From positions 720,001 through 752,000 of the forward strand of contig NZ_CP013011.1 of the NCBI RefSeq assembly GCF_001412615.1: 32,000 bases of DNA, given 5' to 3'. Every line of letters starts with the position of its first letter. The stretch's first letter is position 1. The notes beneath the pieces were generated by a model that was not told where the DNA came from, searched no databases, and saw only the letters and a list, made by a program, of their open reading frames with translations. Origin of the DNA: Pyrodictium delaneyi. Lineage in GTDB: Archaea > Thermoproteota > Thermoprotei_A > Sulfolobales > Pyrodictiaceae. Made by a program: the position numbers and the translations under genes. Below are positions 8,825 through 16,865 of this stretch, one piece after another.

Positions 8825-9277
8825 ATGAGGCAACATCTACGCGGTATTAGCGAACTAACATCTGCGGCGCTACTAGCATTGATAGTAATAAGCATAGGAG
8901 GCCTAGTAGTAATCAGGGTCATAGAGTCTATACAGACCGGGATACAGGAGGCCACTAACCAGCTCATTGAGGCAGAAATGAGCCTACGTCAAGCCCTGGG
9001 GGTTACTGCAGCATATATAGACTCCCTGGGTAATCTTATAGTGGTTCTAGTCTCTGGAGACTTCCCTGTAAAACTTCAGGATGTGTACATCAATGACACA
9101 CTATGGAGTAGTCAATGTAGGGCCGCATCGGCTGGGCGTACTGGGCCGATAGAGGGCTTCGTGGTACAACCCTACAGTATAGTAGTCATAACCTGTAGTG
9201 TAGGAGCAGCAAGCTACGCAGATGTGAAAATAGTCTACGAGGGCGGGAGCGTTGCTACACGGGCCCAGCCAGTATAG
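8825..9277 (+). CDS. Small secreted/pilin-like protein with class III (type IV prepilin-like) N-terminus
   Basis: The N-terminus reads MRQHLRG|ISELTSAALLALIVISIGGLVVI: a short basic leader, R-G, then a ~22-aa hydrophobic helix. At 150 aa it is in the size range of archaeal pilins or ArlF/ArlG-like proteins. It overlaps the next ORF by 26 nt. Confidence 0.55.
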   Translation: MRQHLRGISELTSAALLALIVISIGGLVVIRVIESIQTGIQEATNQLIEAEMSLRQALGVTAAYIDSLGNLIVVLVSGDFPVKLQDVYINDTLWSSQCRAASAGRTGPIEGFVVQPYSIVVITCSVGAASYADVKIVYEGGSVATRAQPV

Positions 9278-12044
9278 ACGCTGTAGAGGTATCGGTAGCC
9301 TAGTAGGTGCAGTCATAATAGCCGTCATACTACTAGCCATCATAGGCTTCTTCATAGCAATAATGGATCTCATAAACAGTTACACAGAGACCGTAATGCA
9401 GCTAACCGGGGAGCGCGCGACCACAAGCCTGCTAGCAGGCGGTGTAACCGGCTACTGGCTAGAAATTGGCAGCAACCTCTATATACACCTAGAGAGCCGC
9501 CACCCCGAGACCATACTAGTCACATCCCTCACAGTAGTATGGGACGACACAAGCTACACGATAGTAGACCGGAACAACGGCTCCCTAGCAGCTCTAGATA
9601 TATCAGCAACATTAACCAGTCCAACAGGGTCGACAACTACAGTAGACAACTTCCCCATACCCCTTGGCCCAGGCTACACCCTAGACATAACGCTCAACGG
9701 CTATGCAGCAGGCCGCGATGCTGTAACAGTCTCTCTAACACTAAGCGCAAGCCCAGTAGTAGCAGTCATCCCGCTCAAAAACTACTACGATATATATCCT
9801 AATGTAACACAGTTCACGGCTAACGTAAACACCATAACCAGCCTATATGCCGAGCTAAACGCTACATCACTCGACTGGACACAGACATGGCTAGGTACAT
9901 TAACAGCGTATCATCAACAACAAGGCATAGGTATAATCGATGCTGATAAGGTGTACGTATTTGGTGAAGTAGTTTCAGGCACATATAAAAGCCTAAGCAA
10001 CGCTGACAAAGATTTATACGTAGTGGAAGGCATACAAACGATAGTAGTGGATAATTTCACCCTTAGTCAGAACAACCTCATATATGCTATAGACTTCGAG
10101 GGCAGTGATCCTTTTGCTGGCGGGGAATGGAGTACACGAGGAGGCACATGGATATGGAGAGACGATATTGGCTACGGGGGCACGGCAGGTATAGGACAGA
10201 TAGACAATAATGCCGTTGGAGGCATTGCTGATGGTTATGAAGTAATAGCGTTCCCCACTATCAATACGATTCCAAATAAACCATTCTATATGATGGTTCA
10301 CGTATATGCCGAGACGGGCTTCGACGATCTTGTACTTTATGAGTCCAATACTGGCTATGCCTACTGCTATACACTCGATGCAGATGGAAACGATATAGAA
10401 ATATGGCGTTACTACGGGCGCTGGGGAAGACTAGGAGTAATAAATAATGAGATAACTGCGTATACTTGGTACACGTCGCTAGCATATTACGACCCTAATA
10501 CTGGATATATGAAATTCACAGTCATAGATGAAGCCAAGAATGTGTGGGTTCTTGAGGTGACTGACGATACGATATTCCCTGATAGTTTTGCAGTAGGTAC
10601 ATACGAAGGCACTGCAATATTTGACAACCTTATAGTAAGTCTGGCAAATCCAAGATTTCTCAATATAACAGTCCTCCTCGACGGAGTATCAGTAGGTAGT
10701 GGCTGGATAGTAGAACTCTATGATGGTAATGGTAATCTTATCGCTAGTAACACGACTAATGCTGATGGTATTGCAGTGCTCGACGTAACCTGGAGGCCTA
10801 TTATACATGGCGCTTATCTCCTCATATATGACAATAATGGCGTCTTGGTGGATAGAGTTGATGCATCATTCTACCTGGGCACAGACAAGATGTACGGTGG
10901 TAATGCCTATACGGTCAACCTCGTGACAGGCTACCGGACAAGAGTTACTGTTAGTTCGGTGGTTCCAGCCGGACTACAGCTACTAAGTGTTGGTGCAAGA
11001 TACACAATACTAGCAAATGTTTCTGGAACACTTAGGCTATACTTCTACAACTGGACGAGCGACGTATGGCAGCCGGTGGGTATCTACAGTGTAGGTGCTG
11101 GAGACTATATAGACGTAAGAAAATCCTACCCGGTTAACTCTGGTATAATGAATACTGCGAATAACACAGTTTCCCTGAGAATAGTATTTGAGACAACTAG
11201 TGGACCCAGCAGCATTAGCATAGACATGGAGAACGCAATATACGAATACCTGGTTACATCAACCTTCCAGGCTCTACTAGTTGCAGTAGGCGGATCTAGC
11301 CGTATCGACCTTTACAGCTTTACTGCCAATGGAGTAATTTATGAATACAGTCTCAACGCTTATACAATGTTCGATGGCTCGGCCGCAATAGCCTACGACA
11401 TCTATCATAACGTTGTACTACTTGTTAATACTACTGGCGTCTACGCGGCTAAGCTGAAACCTGATGCCAACTTTACCCTAGTAGCTACAGCCTGCAGCTC
11501 TTTAGGCAGAGGTGTAGAGGTAGAAGCAATTAATACAACGAATAACAGTTATCTTGTAGTCCTACGAGGTGGTGACAGCGACGAGTACTGCATAGTAGAT
11601 CTATCCACAAACACTACTATTGTCGCTGGCAGCCTTAGCGCCTATCTTAACGAGAATATAGTATTGAATGTAACCTACGTGTATCCTGCTTCAGCCCATA
11701 GTGAAGACCAAGCGGATGCATACTTTCTAGTCTATAGTCTTGATCGAAATACGCCAATAATAATCAACACGAGTGCGTCAAGCGTGGGCTCATGGAGTAT
11801 TTATACAAGTAAAGTACCTGGTGGCCATAGCCTAGGTTTGACCTGGACACCCTCCGGGCTTCAACTATTACTCGAACGAGGCAGCTTATACTTGGTAAAC
11901 CAGTGGAACACTACGAGGATACCAGGACTATTGGACTTTATCCCTTGGGGTCCTGGCGACCGCCTAGAGTACTATAATGCTACACACTTACTCTTTGTAA
12001 GAGCGGATGCCACCCGCGAAGTATGGCTAATAGGGATAGGCTAA
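9252..12044 (+). CDS. Large (930 aa) extracellular glycoprotein with pilin-like N-terminus, concanavalin/LamG-like and prealbumin-like (CarboxypepD_reg-like) regions
   Basis: The N-terminus reads ...YRRCRG|IGSLVGAVIIAVILLAIIGFFIAIM, with a TTG start because no ATG precedes the helix. At least 15 N-x-S/T sequons were counted by eye. The segment GGEWSTRGGTWIWRDD...AIFDNLIV resembles jelly-roll lectin domains. NITVLLDGVSVGSGWIVELYDGNGNLIASNTTNADGIAVLDV resembles a CarboxypepD_reg repeat. Confidence 0.7.
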   Translation: MLHGPSQYRRCRGIGSLVGAVIIAVILLAIIGFFIAIMDLINSYTETVMQLTGERATTSLLAGGVTGYWLEIGSNLYIHLESRHPETILVTSLTVVWDDTSYTIVDRNNGSLAALDISATLTSPTGSTTTVDNFPIPLGPGYTLDITLNGYAAGRDAVTVSLTLSASPVVAVIPLKNYYDIYPNVTQFTANVNTITSLYAELNATSLDWTQTWLGTLTAYHQQQGIGIIDADKVYVFGEVVSGTYKSLSNADKDLYVVEGIQTIVVDNFTLSQNNLIYAIDFEGSDPFAGGEWSTRGGTWIWRDDIGYGGTAGIGQIDNNAVGGIADGYEVIAFPTINTIPNKPFYMMVHVYAETGFDDLVLYESNTGYAYCYTLDADGNDIEIWRYYGRWGRLGVINNEITAYTWYTSLAYYDPNTGYMKFTVIDEAKNVWVLEVTDDTIFPDSFAVGTYEGTAIFDNLIVSLANPRFLNITVLLDGVSVGSGWIVELYDGNGNLIASNTTNADGIAVLDVTWRPIIHGAYLLIYDNNGVLVDRVDASFYLGTDKMYGGNAYTVNLVTGYRTRVTVSSVVPAGLQLLSVGARYTILANVSGTLRLYFYNWTSDVWQPVGIYSVGAGDYIDVRKSYPVNSGIMNTANNTVSLRIVFETTSGPSSISIDMENAIYEYLVTSTFQALLVAVGGSSRIDLYSFTANGVIYEYSLNAYTMFDGSAAIAYDIYHNVVLLVNTTGVYAAKLKPDANFTLVATACSSLGRGVEVEAINTTNNSYLVVLRGGDSDEYCIVDLSTNTTIVAGSLSAYLNENIVLNVTYVYPASAHSEDQADAYFLVYSLDRNTPIIINTSASSVGSWSIYTSKVPGGHSLGLTWTPSGLQLLLERGSLYLVNQWNTTRIPGLLDFIPWGPGDRLEYYNATHLLFVRADATREVWLIGIG

Positions 12045-12146
12045 GACACGGCATACGAGTTACATTGTAGAAAGATTGACTTTAAAACACTGCTTTAGGC
12101 TTAGGAATGAAGCAAAGCTTGTAGCTCAAAGAGAGTCCTGTGGAAA

Positions 12147-12156
12147 CTATAAATAC
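12147..12156 (+). promoter_or_regulatory. TATA-like box (ctataaatac) upstream of tRNA-Glu
   Basis: It matches the archaeal TATA consensus and lies ~66 nt upstream of the mature tRNA 5' end, implying a leader. Confidence 0.35.
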
Positions 12157-12221
12157 CCCGGCTCGTACATTGACCCTTCATGGCCGCGGCCCGTTGACTT
12201 AGGGCCATAGCTGCGCGGCGT

Positions 12222-12299
12222 GCCGCGGTAGTATAGCCCGGCCAAGTATGCGGGCCTTTCAAGCCCGTGACCCGGGTTCAAATCCCGGCCGCGGCACCA
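12222..12299 (+). tRNA. tRNA-Glu (UUC), CCA encoded
   Basis: Manual cloverleaf: GCCGCGG/TA/GTAT-AGCCCGGCCAA-GTAT/G/CGGGC-CTTTCAA-GCCCG/TGAC/CCGGG-TTCAAAT-CCCGG/CCGCGGC/A/CCA. Confidence 0.9.
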
Positions 12300-12598
12300 A
12301 ATCCACATCCCCTCTCCTTTCGGATTCCTCGTGCAACTTCTACGTTGCATGATCTATGGCTCTTTTTACGATAGTGTGGGACGATCATGATGTCGTCGTT
12401 GATTAGTTCCTATGCTAGGATTTTCCTCAAAAGTCTTCTACGATTAGATACTCTTGCCTGGTTTAGGGACTGTACATGGTAACATGGTTTAGGGTCTGGC
12501 CTACGGATATTGGATGCTATTTTTTGTTAAAAGTCTATCTAACCATGAGCCTTTAATCCTCATAGCATGGCTTTATCTTATCTGGGTGAAGCAACGTT

Positions 12599-14491
12599 AT
12601 GAAGGTATGGGAGGTTGCTAGGAAACCGCGCGTAATAGTAGGCCCTGATACGCCAGCGACTGTTGTCCGCGCCTTGCTGCGCGACAACGAGGAGCCGATA
12701 GCAGTTGTGGTAGACAATGAGAAGAACATGAAGTTCCAGGGCTACGTCACGTGGAGGGAGGTTATACAGATAACTAGTCACTATTCAAACCTTCGTGCCA
12801 AGGATGTTGCTCTAGACTGGCCAGTAGCCTACAAGGAGGACGACCTAGAGGAAGTTGTCAAGAGGATGGAGGAGGAAAAGGTCTACGCAGTACCGGTCCT
12901 CGACTCCAAGGATAACCCTGTCGTTGTTGGCGTAGTGAGTATAGCGGATATAGTAAGGGCTCTAATGGCTGCTGGGTACGAGCCTATAGCGGAGACAGTG
13001 GCAGAGGTTATGACTACTGAGAAGCTCGAGGAGTACATAACTACACAGGAGGAGAGAGTCAACAGGGTATGGAGTGACCTGGTGTATCATGGTAAGCTCG
13101 GCAAGGTTGTCGTGAGGAGCAAGGAGGAGCCGATACCCGTCGGCATTATATCTCTACGCGAGTTCGTGGAGACCGGTCGTTGGTTCTTCCACCGTGAGAG
13201 CGAGCGCGGCCTCAAGACAGTGGCAAGGGTACGCACCATAATGCTCCGTGGTGCTCCAGTGGCTACACCGGAGACTCCAATACAGTATGCTGCCAAGATT
13301 ATGGCTGAGAACGACTTCCCAATACTACCCGTCATTGACGAGGAGACCGGCAAGCTTGTCGGCGTGCTGACGATATACGATGTAGTGAGGGCCTACCTAG
13401 AGGGCGCTAAGCCGGGCCGCGCTAAGCCTGTCAAGAAAGCGGCGCTACCGATAGAGGTGAAGCCAGAGGAGCGCGTCACCTACGCTACAGCGGAGACTGT
13501 CCTCCAGCAAGTGCTAGTGGCTAAGCCCCAGGTGGAGGCCCTCATAGGACTAAGCGCGGCTGACATAGCCAGGCCCGAGCTCCCAGCAGTCACAGTGAAC
13601 GATACTGTTGAACACGCTCGCCGCATGATGCTACGCTACCGCACTAACTACCTCCTAGTAGTCGACGAGAAGGGCGAGATAGTAGGCGTAGTGAGCAAGT
13701 GGAGCATGCTCCGCGCTATAGGCCTCAAGGGCCCGATCTGGAAGAGGAGGGTACACGACCGCTACTTCATAGACTACGTGATGGACACAGAGATACCCAG
13801 GGTCAAGGCTGACGACAGCATCGAGCAGGTAGCGCTCAAGATGACCGAGGCTAAGGCCGAGGTAGCGATAGTAGTAGACGATGAGGGCCGCCCGGTAGGC
13901 TTCATAACGAAGGACGACCTCGTAGACGCCTACGCCAAACTACAGGCAGGCCGCGCCAAAGTAGAAAACGTGATGACACCCGGCAGGATAGGCATCGTAC
14001 ACCCGCACCACAGCCTCTACCACGCCGTTAAGAAGATGCAAACATTCTACCTAGACGCCCTAACAGTCTACGACGGCTCCAAGATAATAGGAGTAGTGTC
14101 TGCTAACAGGCTGCCCTTCGTAGCCTACGAGGATGCTGTCACGGGTATCAAGAGCCGCCGCCTAGTATGGGTGAGGAAGCTCGTACGCGGCGCCGCCAAG
14201 AAGGGCCGCTACGTGAAGGTCACACCACTACTAGTGATGGACGCTACTGTGCCGCTCCGCGATGTATACGTGAAGACCAGCGACGACGTAGTCAAGGCCA
14301 TAGAGCTGATGCGGGAGTACAACGTGGACGGTATACCAGTAGTTGACGAGGAGGGCCGCGTAGCAGGCGTGGTCACGAAGACTGACATAGTGAGAGAGCT
14401 AGCAAGGACGGCGAGGCTACGCATAGAGCGCGGCGAGACCGTGAAGATAGAGAAGAAGGAGAAGCCCGAAGCAAAGCCCAAAGCACAGTAA
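12599..14491 (+). CDS. Multi-CBS-domain protein (about eight CBS motifs = four Bateman modules) with Lys-rich tail
   Basis: The hydrophobic-x-D...G-h-h-T/S-x-x-D-h-h pattern recurs, for example AVPVLDSKDNPVVVGVVSIADIVRAL, ILPVIDEETGKLVGVLTIYDVVRAY, LLVVDEKGEIVGVVSKWSMLRAI, AIVVDDEGRPVGFITKDDLVDAY and GIPVVDEEGRVAGVVTKTDIVREL. No catalytic domain is attached. Confidence 0.8.
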   Translation: MKVWEVARKPRVIVGPDTPATVVRALLRDNEEPIAVVVDNEKNMKFQGYVTWREVIQITSHYSNLRAKDVALDWPVAYKEDDLEEVVKRMEEEKVYAVPVLDSKDNPVVVGVVSIADIVRALMAAGYEPIAETVAEVMTTEKLEEYITTQEERVNRVWSDLVYHGKLGKVVVRSKEEPIPVGIISLREFVETGRWFFHRESERGLKTVARVRTIMLRGAPVATPETPIQYAAKIMAENDFPILPVIDEETGKLVGVLTIYDVVRAYLEGAKPGRAKPVKKAALPIEVKPEERVTYATAETVLQQVLVAKPQVEALIGLSAADIARPELPAVTVNDTVEHARRMMLRYRTNYLLVVDEKGEIVGVVSKWSMLRAIGLKGPIWKRRVHDRYFIDYVMDTEIPRVKADDSIEQVALKMTEAKAEVAIVVDDEGRPVGFITKDDLVDAYAKLQAGRAKVENVMTPGRIGIVHPHHSLYHAVKKMQTFYLDALTVYDGSKIIGVVSANRLPFVAYEDAVTGIKSRRLVWVRKLVRGAAKKGRYVKVTPLLVMDATVPLRDVYVKTSDDVVKAIELMREYNVDGIPVVDEEGRVAGVVTKTDIVRELARTARLRIERGETVKIEKKEKPEAKPKAQ

Positions 14492-14504
14492 GCCCCAAAA
14501 CACG

Positions 14505-14512
14505 TTTCTTTT
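14505..14512 (+). terminator. Oligo-T tract (tttctttt) after the CBS gene
   Basis: The T-run lies 14 nt downstream of the stop at 14489-14491. Confidence 0.3.
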
Positions 14513-14583
14513 CAGCAACCAGAAGGGTCTCTAGGAGAACGAAGCCCTCTATGAAGTAATCCTCTTACCTCTCTAGTTGTCAT

Positions 14584-14591
14584 TTTATAAT
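14584..14591 (+). promoter_or_regulatory. Strong TATA box (TTTTATAA) for the IPCT/DIPPS operon
   Basis: This is a consensus-like archaeal TATA ~150 nt upstream of the ATG at 14742, which implies a ~125-nt leader. Confidence 0.5.
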
Positions 14592-14741
14592 GTTTCCTGG
14601 GGGTGAGCGAAACCACCGACACTGAAGCCCCTCTGGGGGCGTGTTGACGCCCAGCGATGGCGACCCCTCCTTTTCCGTGCACATTTAGCAGTACCTGACG
14701 TTGGTTAGCATCCCAGAGGGGCTTAGGAGGTGACAGTAACT

Positions 14742-15491
14742 ATGGCGGCCCGGTATGCTGTGTTGCTGGCTGCGGGTCTCGGGACACGGCTAGGCGGCCC
14801 TAAGCCGCTAGTTCGGCTGCATGGACGGCCGCTTGCCTGGTATCCTCTAAGTGTCCTCCACCTTGTGGGTGCTTCTGAAGTATGTATAGTGACGCGCAGC
14901 GAGTTGGAAGGTGAGCTCCGTCAGCTAGCTGAGAGTGTTTATGGCTCCGGGGCTGTGCATGTTGTGATCAATAGTGAGCCGTGGAGGGAGAACGGCTACA
15001 GCCTCTTGCTAGCATCGCGGCTCTGCCCGTGCCCAGTGGGCGAGCCCGTGTACGTGTCAATGAGTGACCACGTTTACTCGCCGCTAGTCCCGGCTCGGCT
15101 CGCGGTGCCACGGTGGGCTGTATACAGTATAGCTGGTGACCGTGAGCCGGCATATGTTGACGCGGATGAGGCTACGAAGATACTCGCGGTGGGTGGAGTA
15201 GGCTACGCGGTGGGTAAGGGGCTCCGCTTCTGGAGCCACATAGACATGGGAGTTCATGCTGTCCGCCTCGACGCTATAAGGGAGGCCTCAGAGCTAGTGA
15301 TGGCTTGGAGCCAGGGTGTGCTAGGCCTCAACATGTTGACGGACACCCTCGCCCGCTTAGGCGGTCTATATGTCTCCGAGGCCTCTAGCCTCCCCTGGAC
15401 CGAGGTGGACACACCCAGGGACCTTGAGGAGGCGGAGAAGGGCAGGAGGAGGAGGGTGGTCGAGCATGTCCTCTCGTGGATCCGCAGTTAG
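14742..15491 (+). CDS. Nucleotidyltransferase, probable CTP:inositol-1-phosphate cytidylyltransferase (IPCT)
   Basis: The translation carries LLAAGLGTRLGGPKPL (GxGTRL NTP-transferase signature), and a CDP-alcohol phosphatidyltransferase follows and overlaps it. The ATG at 14742 is preceded by GGAGGTGA with an 8-nt spacer and is preferred over GTG 14730. Confidence 0.65.
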   Translation: MAARYAVLLAAGLGTRLGGPKPLVRLHGRPLAWYPLSVLHLVGASEVCIVTRSELEGELRQLAESVYGSGAVHVVINSEPWRENGYSLLLASRLCPCPVGEPVYVSMSDHVYSPLVPARLAVPRWAVYSIAGDREPAYVDADEATKILAVGGVGYAVGKGLRFWSHIDMGVHAVRLDAIREASELVMAWSQGVLGLNMLTDTLARLGGLYVSEASSLPWTEVDTPRDLEEAEKGRRRRVVEHVLSWIRS

Positions 15492-16131
15492 GCTGACTAA
15501 GAGTACTGACGGGATAGTATCTAGGCTGATCAATCGCCGCATATCCACACGGATAACCCGTGTGCTCGCGGGGCTACGGAGGCCTCCCAGCCCCGACGCA
15601 GTGACCGTGGTAGCCTCGGCTCTGGTTGCTGGCGGCGGCCTAGCATTCGCTTCGGGCTATCCGGCTCTTGGGGGTCTGCTGGCGCAGCTAGGCTCAATAA
15701 TAGACGGTGTCGACGGTGAGCTCGCGCGGGCGCTCGGTAGGCAGAGCCGAGCCGGCGCGCTCCTGGATACGGTGCTTGACCGGCTGGCAGACATAGCGCT
15801 GCTCTTCGGTATGTCGCTCGCAGCGGTGGCCGCAGGTTACAGCCCACTGCTCGTTGTAGCTGTGTCCCTGTTAGCGGCTACTGGAGACCTCATGGTTTCC
15901 TATATACACGCTGTGGGTGAGAAGCTGGCCCAGCGCCACCCCGTATTAGTGGGCCGTATACCCGGGGTCGCGAGCCGCGACGTGAGGCTATTCATAGCGT
16001 TCCTCGCGGGCCTCGCTGGCCGGCCCCTCGAAGGCCTAGCGGCTATAGCCTTGCTCGGGCACAGCTATACAGTAGCTAAGACTGTGGAGCTGCTAAGCTT
16101 CCTCGAGAAAGAGAATCAGCATACGAGTTGA
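15466..16131 (+). CDS. CDP-alcohol phosphatidyltransferase, probable di-myo-inositol-phosphate-phosphate synthase (DIPPS)
   Basis: DGVDGELARALGRQSRAGALLDTVLDRLAD matches D-G-x2-A-R-x8-G-x3-D-x3-D, and the protein has multiple TM helices. The ATG at 15466 is used; the track start 15370 lies inside the IPCT gene. The two genes overlap by 26 nt. Confidence 0.7.
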   Translation: MSSRGSAVRLTKSTDGIVSRLINRRISTRITRVLAGLRRPPSPDAVTVVASALVAGGGLAFASGYPALGGLLAQLGSIIDGVDGELARALGRQSRAGALLDTVLDRLADIALLFGMSLAAVAAGYSPLLVVAVSLLAATGDLMVSYIHAVGEKLAQRHPVLVGRIPGVASRDVRLFIAFLAGLAGRPLEGLAAIALLGHSYTVAKTVELLSFLEKENQHTS

Positions 16132-16222
16132 CTCACCAGCCCCTCCTTCTTATTCCTGTGCTCTAGGCTAGTGTTACCTGTAACCCGACGGTATCTGCCG
16201 GCTCGCGGGGTGTGCCTAGAAC

Positions 16223-16810
16223 ATGGCCGAGTCCATGATGGTGATAGCAGTATCCACCATTGTGGGTGCACTGGTCGGCTATGTGACTAACGTGGTCGCG
16301 GTCCGCCTCCTCTTCCACCCCTACCGCCCGGTGAAGATACCCGTCCTCGGATTGAAGGTGCAAGGGCTCCTCCCGGCTAAGAGAGACGAGCTCGCGAAAA
16401 GACTGGGAGAGCTAGCCGAGGAGTACATGAAGACGCCGAAGCTACAACAAGAGCTACAGCGCAACATGGAGAAGGTTATACGAGAAGCACTCGAGCAGAG
16501 TCTTCACCGGCTCCTGGCCCGTAACCCGCTGGTGTACGCGGCTGCTGCCCAGTACATACCCCGTATAGCAGATGGCGTCTCTAGGCAAGTCGCAAGCCCG
16601 CTGCTCGAGAGTATCCTCCCAGCAGCGACTAGTAGACTCGACGTAGCCGGCATAGTGGCCGAAAGGATTCGCGACCTCGACCCCCGCGAGATAGAGATGC
16701 TCTTCCGGCGGATTGCAGGCCGGGAGCTACGGTTCATAGAGATAGCCGGTCTAGCTCTCGGAGCCATGATAGGCCTGATCGAGGGGCTCGTACTCACGGC
16801 CATCTCCTAG
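16223..16810 (+). CDS. DUF445-family membrane-associated protein
   Basis: The N-terminus VGALVGYVTNVVAVRLLFHPYRP resembles the GYxTNxxAxxMLFxP signature recalled for DUF445, and there is a C-terminal TM segment. Confidence 0.5.
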   Translation: MAESMMVIAVSTIVGALVGYVTNVVAVRLLFHPYRPVKIPVLGLKVQGLLPAKRDELAKRLGELAEEYMKTPKLQQELQRNMEKVIREALEQSLHRLLARNPLVYAAAAQYIPRIADGVSRQVASPLLESILPAATSRLDVAGIVAERIRDLDPREIEMLFRRIAGRELRFIEIAGLALGAMIGLIEGLVLTAIS

Positions 16811-16865
16811 CGGCGGCGGGCCACATGCGGCTTTATCTGTCCCCAGAGCACTTGAGCCCACGGGT

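Noticed and set aside
9101-10485. Minus-strand ORFs 9101..9373, 10014..10301 and 10261..10485
   Set aside because: They are embedded antisense in the long, clearly coding 930-aa and pilin-like ORFs, and they show no motifs.
7701-12299. Identical 22-nt CCCGGGTTCAAATCCCGGCCGC at the 3' ends of tRNA-Gly and tRNA-Glu, considered as att direct repeats flanking the low-GC island
   Set aside because: Both copies are integral parts (T arm and acceptor) of complete, different tRNAs. GC-rich hyperthermophile tRNAs commonly share T-arm sequence, so this is not evidence for site-specific integration.
12147-12350. 67-aa minus-strand ORF
   Set aside because: It overlaps tRNA-Glu on the opposite strand, and the tRNA fold is unambiguous.
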